This document shows positions 51,630 to 64,000 of a DNA stretch of 64,000 nt, in pieces. Both the position numbers and the translations under genes were made by a program. This DNA comes from Anaeramoeba ignava BMAN (Eukaryota > Protista > Anaeramoebae). The notes beneath the pieces were generated by a model. It saw only the letters and a list, made by a program, of their open reading frames with translations. It was not told the origin of the DNA and made no database searches. The stretch spans positions 434,001 to 498,000 of the forward strand of contig JAPDFW010000125.1 of the NCBI GenBank assembly GCA_028826165.1. The letters are read 5' to 3'. Each line of letters begins with the position of its first letter. The first letter of the stretch is position 1.

Positions 51630-54600
51630 ATGAATGAAGAAGAAAAAACATTAACAACAATAACAACAAGAATTTTTAATCAATTACCAATTAAAAGATT
51701 TGAACAAACACAATCACAATTAATATTTTTAGCAGAAGAATATATTGAAATTTATTTTTCAATGGAAATTGAAATTTTAGTTTCTCTTTCAATTACAAGA
51801 TTAGAATCTGTTTTACGTGTTTTATTAGGTTTACTTCGTGATATTTCTCAAAAAGTTGTTGATAAAAATGATGAAAGATTTAGTTCTGTTGAAAGGTCAA
51901 TTTTAATTGTTTTTGAATGTATGATTCGTTGTTATTCACATTCTTATAAAATGGTAAATATAATATTTTAATTTTAATTATAATTTTAATTTTAATTTTA
52001 ATTTTAATTTTAATTTTAATTTTAATTTTAATTTTAATTTTAAATTTAATTTTAATTTTAATTTTAATTTTAATTTTAATTTTAATTTTTAATTTTAATT
52101 TTAATTTTAATTTTAATTTTAATTTTAATTTTAATTTTAATTTTAATTTTAATTTTAATTTTAATTTTAATTTTAATTTAAATTTTAATTTTAATTTTAA
52201 TTTTAATTTTAATTTTAATTTTTAATTTTAATTTTAATTTTAATTTTAATTTTAATTTTAATTTTAATTTTAATTTTAATTTTAATTTTAATTTTAATTT
52301 TTAATTTTAATTTTAATTTTAATTTTAATTTTAATTTTAATTTTAATTTTAATAATTTTAATTTTAATTTTAATTTTAATTTTAATTTTAATTTTAATTT
52401 TAATTTTAATTTTAATTTTAATTTTAATTTTAATTTTAATTTTAATTTTAATTTTAATTTTAATTTTAATTTTAATTTTGATTTTTAATTTTAAAATTTT
52501 TAAATAATAGACTGAAGAAGATCTTGAAAATTATGAAATTGATAATAAAAGAAAACTTATACCTGATACTTTAGCTGAACAATTAATTACATTATTTATC
52601 CAAATTTGTCAAGAAAAAGATCATGATGATTATTCAGGAATGTTTGAAGAATATTTTGGTAAACTTATTTCAAGAATTTCACATTTAAATTATGAAGTTG
52701 CTTTTCAACATGTAGTCAAAGTACTTGAATCTATTAAAAAATCAAAAGAAAATACAGAAGTTAAGGAATTAGATATTTTAAAATATTTAGATTATAATTC
52801 AAAAAGATTATCTCAAATGTTTCAAGAACTTGCTAAATATTTACATTTTTTCCAAAAATCACAAATGGAACCAATTTCAATATCATTAAGAGAAGGTAAT
52901 TATAATTTTAATTTTAATTTTAATTTTAAATTTAATTTTAATTTTAATTTTAATTTTAATTTTAATTTTAATTTTAATTTTAATTTTAATTTTAATTTTA
53001 ATTTTAATTTTAATTTTAATTTTAATTTTAATTTTAATTTTAATTTTAATTTTAATTTTAATTTTAATTTTAATTTTAATTTTTAATTTTAATTTTAATT
53101 TTAATTTTAATTTTAATTTTAATTTTAATTTTAATTTTAATTATAATTTTAATTTTAATTTTAATTTTAATTTTAATTTTAATTTTAATTTTAATTTTAA
53201 TTTTAATTTTATAAATAAATTTTTAATTTAAAAAGCAATTTGGAATTGGATTAATACTAATCCATCTGAATTTACAAAATTATCACAATCTGAGAAAACT
53301 ATGGATGGAAATCCAGATATTTTATTTGATCATTTTAAAAGATGGGGAGGTTTAATGAAGAAAAAAAGTTATATTTTTTGGCCAATACAAACAATGTTAT
53401 TAATATTATGTCCAGATATTTTATTAGGAATTGCAAAAGCAAAAAAAGAATATTTATCATCACCAAGAGGAGAATTTCTTGAAACACTTAAAAAAACATA
53501 TAGAAATAAAGGAGAAGCACCTGATATGGCAGCTTTATGTTTTGTTGATTTATGTAGAGCATCAACTTATGTATCAAAAGAAGATATTGCAGCATTAAGA
53601 TATATTGTTCCAACAGTTTTACCTGATTTAAAAGTAAAATATAAATATTATTAAAATATTAAAATATAAATATTAAAATATTAAAATATAAATATTATTA
53701 AAATATAAATATTATTAAAAATATAAATATCATTAAAATATAAATATTATTAAAATATAAATATTATTAAAATATTAATATTTAAATATAAAAAAATATT
53801 TTAAATTTATAGAAAAAATTATACTCAAAATCAAAACCCTTTCGTGATAATAACGTTCTTGTCCAATTATTAGTTTCTTCATTTAGAATTAATCCAAGAG
53901 ATCTTTTTGATGTTTGTTTGGAAAAAGATGCACCTCCTTTATTTAGATCAATTCTTTTAAAAGCATTACTTGTAATAGCTAAAGAAGAACCTTTACCTTG
54001 GAATCCTCATTTATCTGCTGCTTATTCTATATCAACAAAAGTTAAGGATATTTTCGCAGAATATCTTTCAAACTTAAAAAGTTTGCAAATTAATCAAAGT
54101 GGAGAAGCAAGAACAACTATGATTTCAACTTTGGTTGATTCTTCAAATATTAAGAAAAAAGAAAGAGAAAAATTTGAAGCTGCAAAAACTCATATTGAAG
54201 TTGTTAATGAAACATTGAAATTATTTTCTCAAGATCCTGAATTCGCTTTATGTCCAAATAATACTACTCCAGATGAAATTACAAATGAAATTAGTGAATT
54301 ATTTATGGATATAACTTCTTGTCTTGAAAGTTCATTCAGTAATGAAATAACTCACTCAGCTACACTTGCTCTAAAAGAATTATTTAAACCTAAAATTATG
54401 GAGAAATGGTGCCCTAAAGATGTTATGAATTCATTTTATGATATATCATCAACTGTATTGTTTGGAATCAGTCATCTAATTATTGAATCAAAAGAAATTT
54501 CACAAGAAAAAATTCAAACACTCCTTGATTTAATCCAAGATCTTTTGAAAAAAAGAAACGAATTTTTAATTTCTCACAAAAGGGAAAGAGAAGGATATCA

Positions 54601-57600
54601 AAAAGAAGTTAAGAAAGATATTGTGCAACATCACAATAGAACAAACACAAAAATTGAGCAAGCTTTGCTTATTCTTTTATGCAATTCAGATCCTGTTGTT
54701 TGTGCTCAAGCAGCTCAATGTTTTGATTCACTTTGTGAAGAAACAAAGATGATTGGTGATTTAAACAATCCAGAAAATACAGTTGCAGTTTCATACAATT
54801 ATTACAAAAGATTAGTTCAAGTTGGACAATTAACAACAGGCAAAATTGCTCAACAAAAAGGAATTCGTTCTTTATTCCGTAGAATTGATGTTGCTACAAA
54901 TGGAAATAAATTGGTTTGGTCTAGGATCTATGAGAGATGGAATGATCAAACCAAAATTATCAAATATTCCTCCAAAATTCCTGATGCAATTGAAACTGAT
55001 CCACAAACTAAAAAAACAAAACAAAAATCAAAATCTGGAGATAAAAGCTTTTCAAGAGAATTTTCAGATTCTGAATTGAATAGAATTAAAATTGAATGGA
55101 GTAATTATACAGGATTTTTATGCAGTTTATCAGGTGTTGGAAAGAGTATTCCAGAAACATCAGGTCCAACAACAGTTCAAAAATCAGATGAAAAAACTAT
55201 ATTAGGTCCTTTTATTCAGAAACTATTAGCTTTAATTGTCTCTCCTATTGATTTTATTAAAGAAACTATTGTTCCAATAATTTCCACTTTATCTCCATCT
55301 GTTTATTCTCAATTTTTTGATCAAGTTCGTGATAAAATTGCAGAAAATTTCTCTCAAGATGGACATGTTTCTTCAACAAATGAACGTTCAACTTTGTTTT
55401 ATGATCAATTAATTTCCATTATTAGAAATATTCTCGAACAACCACTTACTTTGGATGATCTTTCTGAAATTGATTTTGAAAAACTTATTCTGCAAATTGT
55501 AACTTATCTTTCTCATATTTTTGTTGATATTGATTCACTTAGAATTAAATGCAAATTATGCCAATTAATTGAAATTATGATGAATAAAAGAGATTATCTT
55601 TTGTTCAGACACGAAATTCAATTTAGAAATGAATTAGTAGAAGCAATTATGGAATGGTTTTCCGTTTATCAAAAAGATTCAACATCTCCAAATTCACAAC
55701 AAAATACCAACGAAAATTTAACACCATTAACACAATCTCAATCAACAAACACAAATCAAGCAAAGGATTCTCTTGATTCATACACAAATTTAAACAGAAT
55801 GAAAAGGGAATTGGATATAACAACAATGAAAGCTATTGAGAAGTTACTTGATGGATTAATTCTCCAGAAACCATGGAAAGGAGAACACACAAAACAACCA
55901 ACAGCAGAACAAGTTGTTGAACAACGCTCAGAAATTTTCTTGCAATATTTCACTTTTTTCTCATCAATGCTTCAAAGATTGCAAAAGGATAAAGAATCAA
56001 GTGAAGATGCCAAAAAATTATCTCAACACACAATCATGTCTCTTTCCAATATGCTTCATGCCAATGTAAATGTAGGATTGAAGCATGCTTTACCAATGGG
56101 ATATATAAATGATATTGAATCAAGATCAGCTTTTCTTGATGTTTTAACAAATATTTTAAAGCAAGGAACAGAATTTGCAAGTTTAAAAGAAACAGCACAA
56201 AACAAATATAATGAATTGATAAATTTATTAGTTTCTGATGATTTATTTGTTACAAAAGCAGTTTGCGCAATTACTCAAGTTACAGACACAGATTTAATTG
56301 CTAAATTACTTGTTCATATTCACGAAGGAGAATCCAAAGTTATGAATTTACTTCGATGGGCTATTCAGGATGAAGTCAAAAACACTCCTCAAGATCAACC
56401 TCAAATGCTTTTCAGAAGAAACTCACCAGCAAGTAAAATGCTTGGTGTTTATTCACAAATGATTGGAGGAGCATATCTACAGAAGGTTTTGGAACATTTA
56501 ACCAAAAGTTTATCGAATGAAATTACTATCAATAAGAAAACATTTGAAATCAATCCTTCTATGGTTAAAGAAGGTGAATCCAAAGAAGTTAATCTTGAAA
56601 ATCTTGTCAATTTTACAACACAATTTCTTGATAAAATTATCGATTCCATTTCATATGTGCCTAGAAAATTACTTTTAATATCTCCACTATTTGCAAATAT
56701 ATGTTTCTCAAAGATTTCCAAAAGATGTTCGAATTTCTGTTTCAGGATTTTTCTTTCTTAGATTTTTATGTCCAGCAATCATTTCACCAGAAAATCACAA
56801 TATAATTAGTGAGAGAATTTTACCTGAAGTAAGAAGAGCATTAATTCTTATTGCCAAAACAATACAAAATCTTGCAAATGGAGTTATGTTTGGTAAAAAA
56901 GAGGAATTTATGTCTCCATTGAATACCTTTATTGAACAAAACCAGAATCGATTTGATAAATTTATTGAAGATCTTTTGAAAAAAGGAAAAGAAACAGAAA
57001 ATCAAATAAATCAGGAAAAAACACCTAAAACAAAAACACAAACAGGAGATCTTTCTGAAAATCTTGAAACAGAGCAAGTTCAAATTACAGATGAACAACT
57101 TACAGAAGATCTTGAATCTCTTCATCATTTCTTAAACACAAACATGGAGAAATTATCTGTTCATTTTAAAAGACAACAAGATCAAAAAAATGTTAAAATT
57201 GGAGAAAAATTCCTTTCTCTTTTAAATGAACTTGGGAAACCACCAGAAAAAAAGAACAAAAAAGAAGCTTTAGGAGTTGTCAGAGAAACTAAAACAATCA
57301 CTGAAGATTCTCATTCAGAAAACACAAAGAAATACAAGAAATTTAAAGATTTTATGAAAAGAATGGAAAGTTCAGACACTTCAAGATTGGAAAATATATT
57401 TTTCCAAAAAGGAAAAACCAAAACAGGAGAACTTGTGTTTTATTTTATTACAAGAAGAACAGAAAATTCTGAAGATAAAGGTGCAATTATTTATTATATT
57501 CTCAAAACCTTTGAAGAATTTTTTTCAAAAAGAATTCAACCTTTTGTTGTTGTAATTGATTGCTCACAATTTTCATCATCTCATGAAATACCCAAAACAT

Positions 57601-60600
57601 GGGTTTCTCAATTCTTTTCCATTTTCCCAAATTCATGGACAGATAATTTCAAAGAAGCTTATATGATTTATCCATCATCTGGATTGAAAAAATACACCAA
57701 GAAAATTGGAAAGATAATTTCACATGGATTTGGAAGTAAAGTGAAAATTATGGATTCAATATCAAAATTGTTTTCAATTATTCCTGAAAGTGAAAAGGAA
57801 TTACCTCAAGAAACTGTTGAGCTTGAAACAACAATCAAATTTAGATTCCCGCAAATAATACAAGTTTCTCAATTTAAACAACGAGAAGCAACATTTAATA
57901 TTTCCAATCAATATTTGCAAATTGTTCAATCTAAGGAATCAATTCTCAACACACAAACTAATTTGTTTGATTTAATACATGTTATGGATATTCAAGAAAT
58001 GCAACTTTCTGATGAAATTCCTGATCAATTTATGCTCAAAATGGTGGTTAATTCTGATCAAAAAAATTTATCATATCGAAGTAATTCTCGACAAGAAATT
58101 ATTCAAGCTATTCAAACAACCAAAAACAGAATTGAGCATCAACAAAAACTAGGAACAAATAAATCAGGTATGATTTCTGCAGAGGTGAGACCTGCAGATG
58201 TTCCTGGATCTCTTCTAAACATTGCTTTGCTAAATTTAGGAAATGAATTTGAAACTCTAAGAAAATCTGCATATAATCTTGTGACTTCATTGTGTAGAAG
58301 TTTCAATTATTCTCTTCAATCTCAATTACTGGAAACTGAAGGATTATGTGTTCCACAATCACATACTTCATTTGTAATTGATTTGAGTAAAAAATTGGCA
58401 CAAAGTGAGAAGCATCTTACATTGGAATTTCTTAGAGAATGTTTGAAATATTTCAGACAGGCAAGTTTACATGCAAAACATCTTTGTTTGGAATATATGG
58501 CACCTTGGATTCCCAATTTGAAAGATTATGTTTGCAAATATTCATCAATAAATAATAGTGATGATTCAAATAATAATAAAAAAATTCAAAAAGATAACAA
58601 CAATATTGATAAAAAAGTTAATACTGAAGAAAGTAATGAATCAAAAAGAGCATTTGCAAAGGCAGTTATTGTTGATTTTCTTGAAATGACTATCAGAGAA
58701 AAAACTTTATATCCAGCAGTTTTAATTCATGTTTGGAGAACATTTGCTGGTGTTCATGATCTTTTAGATATTGTTATTGATGTTTTTATTGAGCAAAGTT
58801 CAAAATATGGTGTTGATACACCAAGTTCAGATATGATTGCACAAATTACAGTAACTTTGGCTTCAATGGATTCCAAATATGTTTCAATTAAACTATGTGA
58901 TACTGTTTTACAAAGAATATCATCAGTTTCAAAATCACTTCAAAATCAAGAAAAAACAAAAATTGAAGATTATGAAAAATGGGATGAAGTTTTGATTATG
59001 ACAAGATTCTTACTTTATCTTAGTTTTGAGAATCTCATTTCGTTAAGAAACACTCTTCCTGAATTATTCCATATTATTCTTATGATTTATTCTTCTGATT
59101 CTTTGTTTATGAGAACTGCATTACTTTCACTTGTTATCAATATAATTCATTCATTAGCAACAAAGTTACCACCTCAAAATGAACAAAAACAATTAGATCT
59201 TCGCGCAATTTTGAATGAAGTTACTCAACCTAGATTTAGAGTTCTTTTTATGGGATCTGGAGGTAAAAAATCTGATATAATTTCTGAAGGATTTAGTGCC
59301 ATTAGTTCTGGTTTAACTGGAATCAATACAACAGGAATTTCTGGAAAAAATTTATCAAATATTGTGAAAAAATCAAACAAAGAAAACTCAAATGAAAATG
59401 AACAAAATAAAAGTGAAGATTCAAAAAATAATCAAGATGAACAACAAGAAGATAAAACAAAAATCAGTGGGATTGAACCAGTTAAAAAGAATATAACAAG
59501 AAAACCTTTACCTAAATTACCGAAAAAATACTACAAAATGGAGAAAATCACAATAAGTAGTACAGATCAAGTTTCACATCTTTTCCGAGAAGTTATTGAA
59601 TGTTATCAAAACGAAAAACAAGGAAAAGATTGGCATAAAAAATGGCTTGAATTAACAACATTTTCCGCATTTCAAACATCACTAATTCAAGCACGAGCAA
59701 TGGTAGTTTTAGGAAATTTATCTGAACCACCGATTGCCAATTCATTTTTTGCAAGAATATTTAGTTACATGCAACCGTTAATATGCAAAGAAGAACTTCT
59801 TGAAAGAGAAATTGATATTTTAACATCAATTATTATTTGTTTGACTCATTTATACCCATTATTAGAAGGATCGAATATGAAATTCAACATGTTTTGGGTT
59901 ACAACTTGTTTGGTTCAATATGGCGAAACTGAATTATTTCCTTATTTGATTAAAATGCTTCATGTTATTCTTGAAAATCTTGACAAATCTGGAGTTTTTG
60001 ATAACAATGATATTGATGAAGTTTTCATGGATTCAAGAAATAAAAATCCACAATTGGATCGTTTACTTTCCGATTTCGAAGAACATATGGGAATGATATT
60101 TAGAATGGGATTTCCTGTTGCATTAACATCTGTTTTTCTTCCAGCAAGAAAAATGCCAACTTTAAAAAATGCATTGATTGGATTGTTCCAAACAATGGTT
60201 GATATTTCGTGCAAGACTGGTATCACAGCAAACAAAGCTGCTTATATTGTCTCTTTAGGAAGTTGTTTAACTACAAAAGAAATTCTTGATCTTCGCGCAA
60301 GACTTGGTAATTATATCGATTGGGAAGGTGAATTGGAACAATTATTTTTTAATCCAGTTATGCAACAAGAAAAAAATACTGCAAATTTACAAGTTTATTT
60401 ATTAACTTCTTTATTAATTCAATCTGATTATGATCAAGAACAACTTTTCATTCTTGATATTTTGAATTATTGTGTTGATGTTTTTCCTCAAGTTTTTCCT
60501 ACTGTTTATCATCTTCTATCCCTTAAATTATTCCATATTTTATCTCATACTCAAAATCCTCATGTTCAAAAATCTGTTTTGAAATTAACAAATTTTATGC

Positions 60601-60752
60601 TTTCTGATAAATCTAGAAGAATTCCTGGTCAATTAGAAATTTTGGGTTTTAAAAATTTGAATAAATTTATAAATTCTCCTATTGATAAAGCTGATAAAGC
60701 TGATCGAGGACAAATTATATCAGAAGTTCTTGAAGTAGTTACCAAAGTTTAA
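51630..60752 (+). CDS. NF1: Neurofibromin (NF1/Ira-type RasGAP with Sec14-PH module); introns at about 51954-52511, 52896-53235 and 53633-53812; one +1 frameshift near 56680
   Basis: WPIQTMLLILCPD, EWSNYTGFLCSLSG, arginine finger LFRRNS, FLRFLCPAIISPE, AKTIQNLAN, Sec14 FFQKGKTKTGELVFYFI, RPADVPGSLLNIALLNLG, HLTLEFL, CLEYMAPWIPNL are all neurofibromin hallmarks. Confidence 0.93.
51954..53235 (+). repeat. (TTTTAA)n-filled introns 1 and 2 of NF1 (exon 52512-52895 lies between them)
   Basis: Read directly. Confidence 0.88.
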
Positions 60753-60901
60753 TTTGGAAATTTAATTCAAATTTTCTTTCTTCTTTTTTCAACTTTTTTT
60801 TTTTGAATTTCTTCTTCTTTTTTTGAACTATTTTTTTAACTAAAAAAAAAAATTTAAAACAATAATTTTCATTTTTTTCTTTTTCTTTCTTTCTTTTTAA
60901 A

Positions 60902-61692
60902 ATGTTATTTTTCCAAATTTTAATCATTTTAATTTTATTCTTTTTAAATTTTTCTTTTCAATTTAATTTTAATATTATAAAAAATGAACAAAAATGTTTT
61001 GAAGAAAAAATTAAATTAGATGTTTTTTTAATTGGAAATTTTAATACATCAAAAGAAAATAATTTTTTAGATTTTCAAGTATATTTTTTAATTTAAAAAT
61101 CAAAAAGAATAAATTTAAAATTTAAATTTAAAAAACAAACAAAAAAAAGATTTTGAATGAAAAGAATGAAATTATATTTGAAATTTTAAATAAAAATATG
61201 GAAGTTTTGGTTTTGAAACAAGAAGTGAAGGAATTTATCAATTTTGTTTTAAATCAATTCAAAATGAGAAAATTGAAAGTTAGAAAATTATTTAAAAAAA
61301 ATTTATTTAAAATTAAAAATTATTTTAGTTTCTTTTGAATTTAAACAAGAAATTGCAAAGAAATTTATTGAAGAAGAAGATATTACTTTAAAACAAATTG
61401 AATATTTAGAAAAACAATTTGAAAAAATAGAAAAAATTTCAAAAGAAATGAATGAAATTATTGAAGGAATTGAAAAAGAAGATCAAAAATTTGAAGAATT
61501 ACAAAGTAATTTATTTAATAATTGAATTAATTTATTAATTAAATTTATTTTTATTTATTTAAAAAAAAAAAAGAAACAACAAATTCAAGAATTCTTTGGT
61601 TAAATTTAATTTCAATTTTATTTTTAGTTTTTCTTGGAATTTGGCAATATTTTCATTTTAAGAATTATTTACAAAAAAAGAAAATCATTTAG
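60902..61692 (+). CDS. p24/emp24/TMED GOLD-domain cargo receptor; 4 exons, probable 1-nt error in the A-run near 61195
   Basis: Signal peptide, KCFEEK, GSFGFET...GIYQFCF, coiled coil, ETTNSRILW, TM, WQYFHLR..QKKKII tail. Confidence 0.85.
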
Positions 61693-61754
61693 AATTATTA
61701 CGAAAAAAAGAAGAAAATCATTTATATAAAAAGAAGAAAATAATTTATATATTA

Positions 61755-62335
61755 AAAAAAAGTGGAACAAATTTAAATTAATAAATTTAAATAAAATTAT
61801 ATTAATAAATTTAAATAAAATTATATTAATAAATTTAAATAAAATTATATTAATAAATTTAAATAAAATTATATTAATAAATTTAAATAAAATTATATTA
61901 ATAAATTTAAATAAAATTATATTAATAAATTTAAATAAAATTATATTAATAAATTTAAATAAAATTATATTAATAAATTTAAATAAAATTATATTAATAA
62001 ATTTAAATAAAATTATATTAATAAATTTAAATAAAATTATATTAATAAATTTAAATAAATTAATAAATTTAAATAAAATTATATTAATAAATTTAAATAA
62101 AATTATATTAATAAATTTAAATAAAATTATATTAATAAATTTAAATAAAATTATATTAATAAATTTAAATAAAATTATATTAATAAATTTGAAATAAAAT
62201 TATATTAATAAATTTAAATAAAATTATATTAATAAATTTAAATAAAATTATATTAATAAATTTAAATAAAATTATATTAATAAATTTAAATAAAATTATA
62301 TTAATAAATTTATTTTTAAAATTATTTTTCGAAAA
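61755..62335. repeat. Homogeneous tandem array of the 24-mer ATTAATAAATTTAAATAAAATTAT (about 20 copies)
   Basis: Read directly; flanked by AAAAAAAGTGGAA and TTATTTTTCGAAA. Confidence 0.93.
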
Positions 62336-62392
62336 ATTTTTCTAATCAAAAACTGAAAAAAAATTTCTTTTTTTTTTTGATCATTTTTTTTA

Positions 62393-64000
62393 ATGAAAAT
62401 TTATGAACTGAGAAAAAAATTTCAACTTCCAGTAACAGAAAAACTTCAAGGAACATTTTCTTGTGCAATAAAAAAAATAATTCTTTATCATGGAAGAATG
62501 TATTTAACACAAAGTTATTTACTTTTTCATTCAGATAATTTAGAAGATGTTGAACAAATTAAAATTCAATTTTCTCAAATAAAAGATATTGATTTAGCAC
62601 AAGTTACGAAATCAATTAATTTTATTAAAATTATTGTTGAAAATGAAGAATATTTTTTCACTTCTTTTACTTCAAGAAATAAAGCTTATTCACTTTTAAA
62701 ACAATTGTGGTTAAAAGAAAGAAGTAGATATTTACTTGATGAATCAAAAGAAAAATTAAATGAAAATCAAAATCAAATTGAAAATCAAAATCAAAATCAA
62801 AATCAAATTAAATTAAAAAAAATCAAAATCAAAATCAAAATCAAAATCAAAATGAAATTGAAAATGAAAATCGAAAATGAAAATCAAAATCAAAATGAAA
62901 ATCAAAATCAAAATCAAAATCAAAATCAAAATCAAAATCAAAACCAAAATCAAATTGAAAATTTAAAAAATGATTCTCAAATTAAACTGAAAAATAAAAA
63001 ATCCCTTTTCAAAATCAAAATCATATTCCAAAATCAAAATCAAAATCAAAATCAAAAATCAAAATCTAGTCGTGATAGCTCAGTTTTTACTCAAGAAAAA
63101 TCAAGAAAAAAATTCTTTTTCCAAAATGAAAAAAAATATTGAAAAAAATTGAAAATGAAAATCAAAAAAAAAAATCAAAATCAAAATGAAACGAAAAATA
63201 AAATTCAAAATCAAAAATCAAAATCAAAAATCAAAATCAAAATCAAAATCAAAATCAAAATCAAAAATCAAAATCAAAATCAAAATCAAATCAAAATCAA
63301 AATCAAAATCAAAATCAAAATCAAAATCAAAAATCAAAATCAAAATCAAAATCAAAATCAAAATCAAAATCAAAATCAAAATCAAAATCAAAATCAAAAT
63401 CAAAATCAAAATCAAAATCAAAATCAAAATCAAAATCAAAATCAAAATCAAAATCAAAATCAAAATCAAAATCAAAATCAAAATGAAATTGAAAATCAAA
63501 ATCAAAATCAAAATCAAAATCAAAATCAAAATCAAAATCAAAATCAAAATCAAATTGAAAATCAAAATCAAAATGAAAATAAAAATCAAATTGAAGAAAT
63601 AAATAAACAAAAAATGGAAATTCAAAATAAAATTCAAGACTTATTATCAGAAGAAAAGAAATATGGATATTTAAAATTAAGAAAAAAAGTAATTTAAATA
63701 ATATTTCTAAATTAAAATATAAATTAAAATATAAATTAAAATATAAATATAAATAGATTCCATCAACAATTTGGATTACAAGATTCTTTGTTTATAAAGG
63801 CAATTATTTATCAGTATATAATAACGAATATCGAATAAAAGAAATTCAAAAAATTTCAATGAATAAAGCATTAGTTTCTACAATTCACGAAACAAATGAA
63901 TCACCACCTAATTTTATTTTCACAATTAAATCAAAAGATGGAAAATTTACTTTATCTTCAGAAAATAAAATGGAGTTGAAAAGATGGATAAACGAGATCA
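62393..64000 (+). CDS. GRAM-domain plus PH-domain protein with long Asn-Gln repeat linker; continues past the window; frame broken within the repeats
   Basis: GRAM: KFQLPVTEKL..TFSCA....YHGRMYLTQSYLLFHS. PH: KYGYLK..|..W..RFFV...FTLSSENKMELKRWINEI after intron about 63689-63757. Confidence 0.75.

Noticed and set aside
61185-61205. Programmed frameshift in the p24 gene
   Set aside because: One missing base in an A-run restores the GOLD domain; a typical long-read homopolymer error.
62800-63600. Frame switches between NQ, IK and KS runs in the GRAM-PH gene as recoding or pseudogenisation
   Set aside because: They fall in (AAAATC)n tracts where indel errors are expected; cannot be judged without reads.

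Overview
Very AT-rich eukaryotic genomic DNA with GT-AG spliceosomal introns. Composition, microsatellite-filled introns, Asn/Gln/Glu-repeat proteins, expanded ankyrin/RCC1-BTB genes and an anaerobe-type flavodiiron enzyme suggest an anaerobic protist, possibly the metamonad Anaeramoeba (inference only). The window holds about 20 protein genes, most reassembled by hand across introns: ATP6AP2-like, two Rac/Rho GTPases, RhoGAP, DRAM/Frag1, ankyrin-BTB, two RCC1-BTB, STRA6-like, SUN-like, a short UBR4-like gene, SSNA1/DIP13, GNAT, PB1, neurofibromin, p24 and GRAM-PH. Main finding: a five-exon gene (5815-10658) in which a complete class F-type flavodiiron protein (diiron metallo-beta-lactamase, flavodoxin, rubredoxin, NADH:rubredoxin oxidoreductase) splices in frame to an intact RGS domain. 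This is a candidate O2/NO/redox-gated G-alpha GAP, and it lies directly upstream of a Rac GTPase and a RhoGAP. Second: a 2.85 kb palindrome with two identical inverted tRNA-Arg(UCU) genes around about 12 copies of a ~160 bp satellite. All splice models are read from sequence only and need RNA-seq confirmation.
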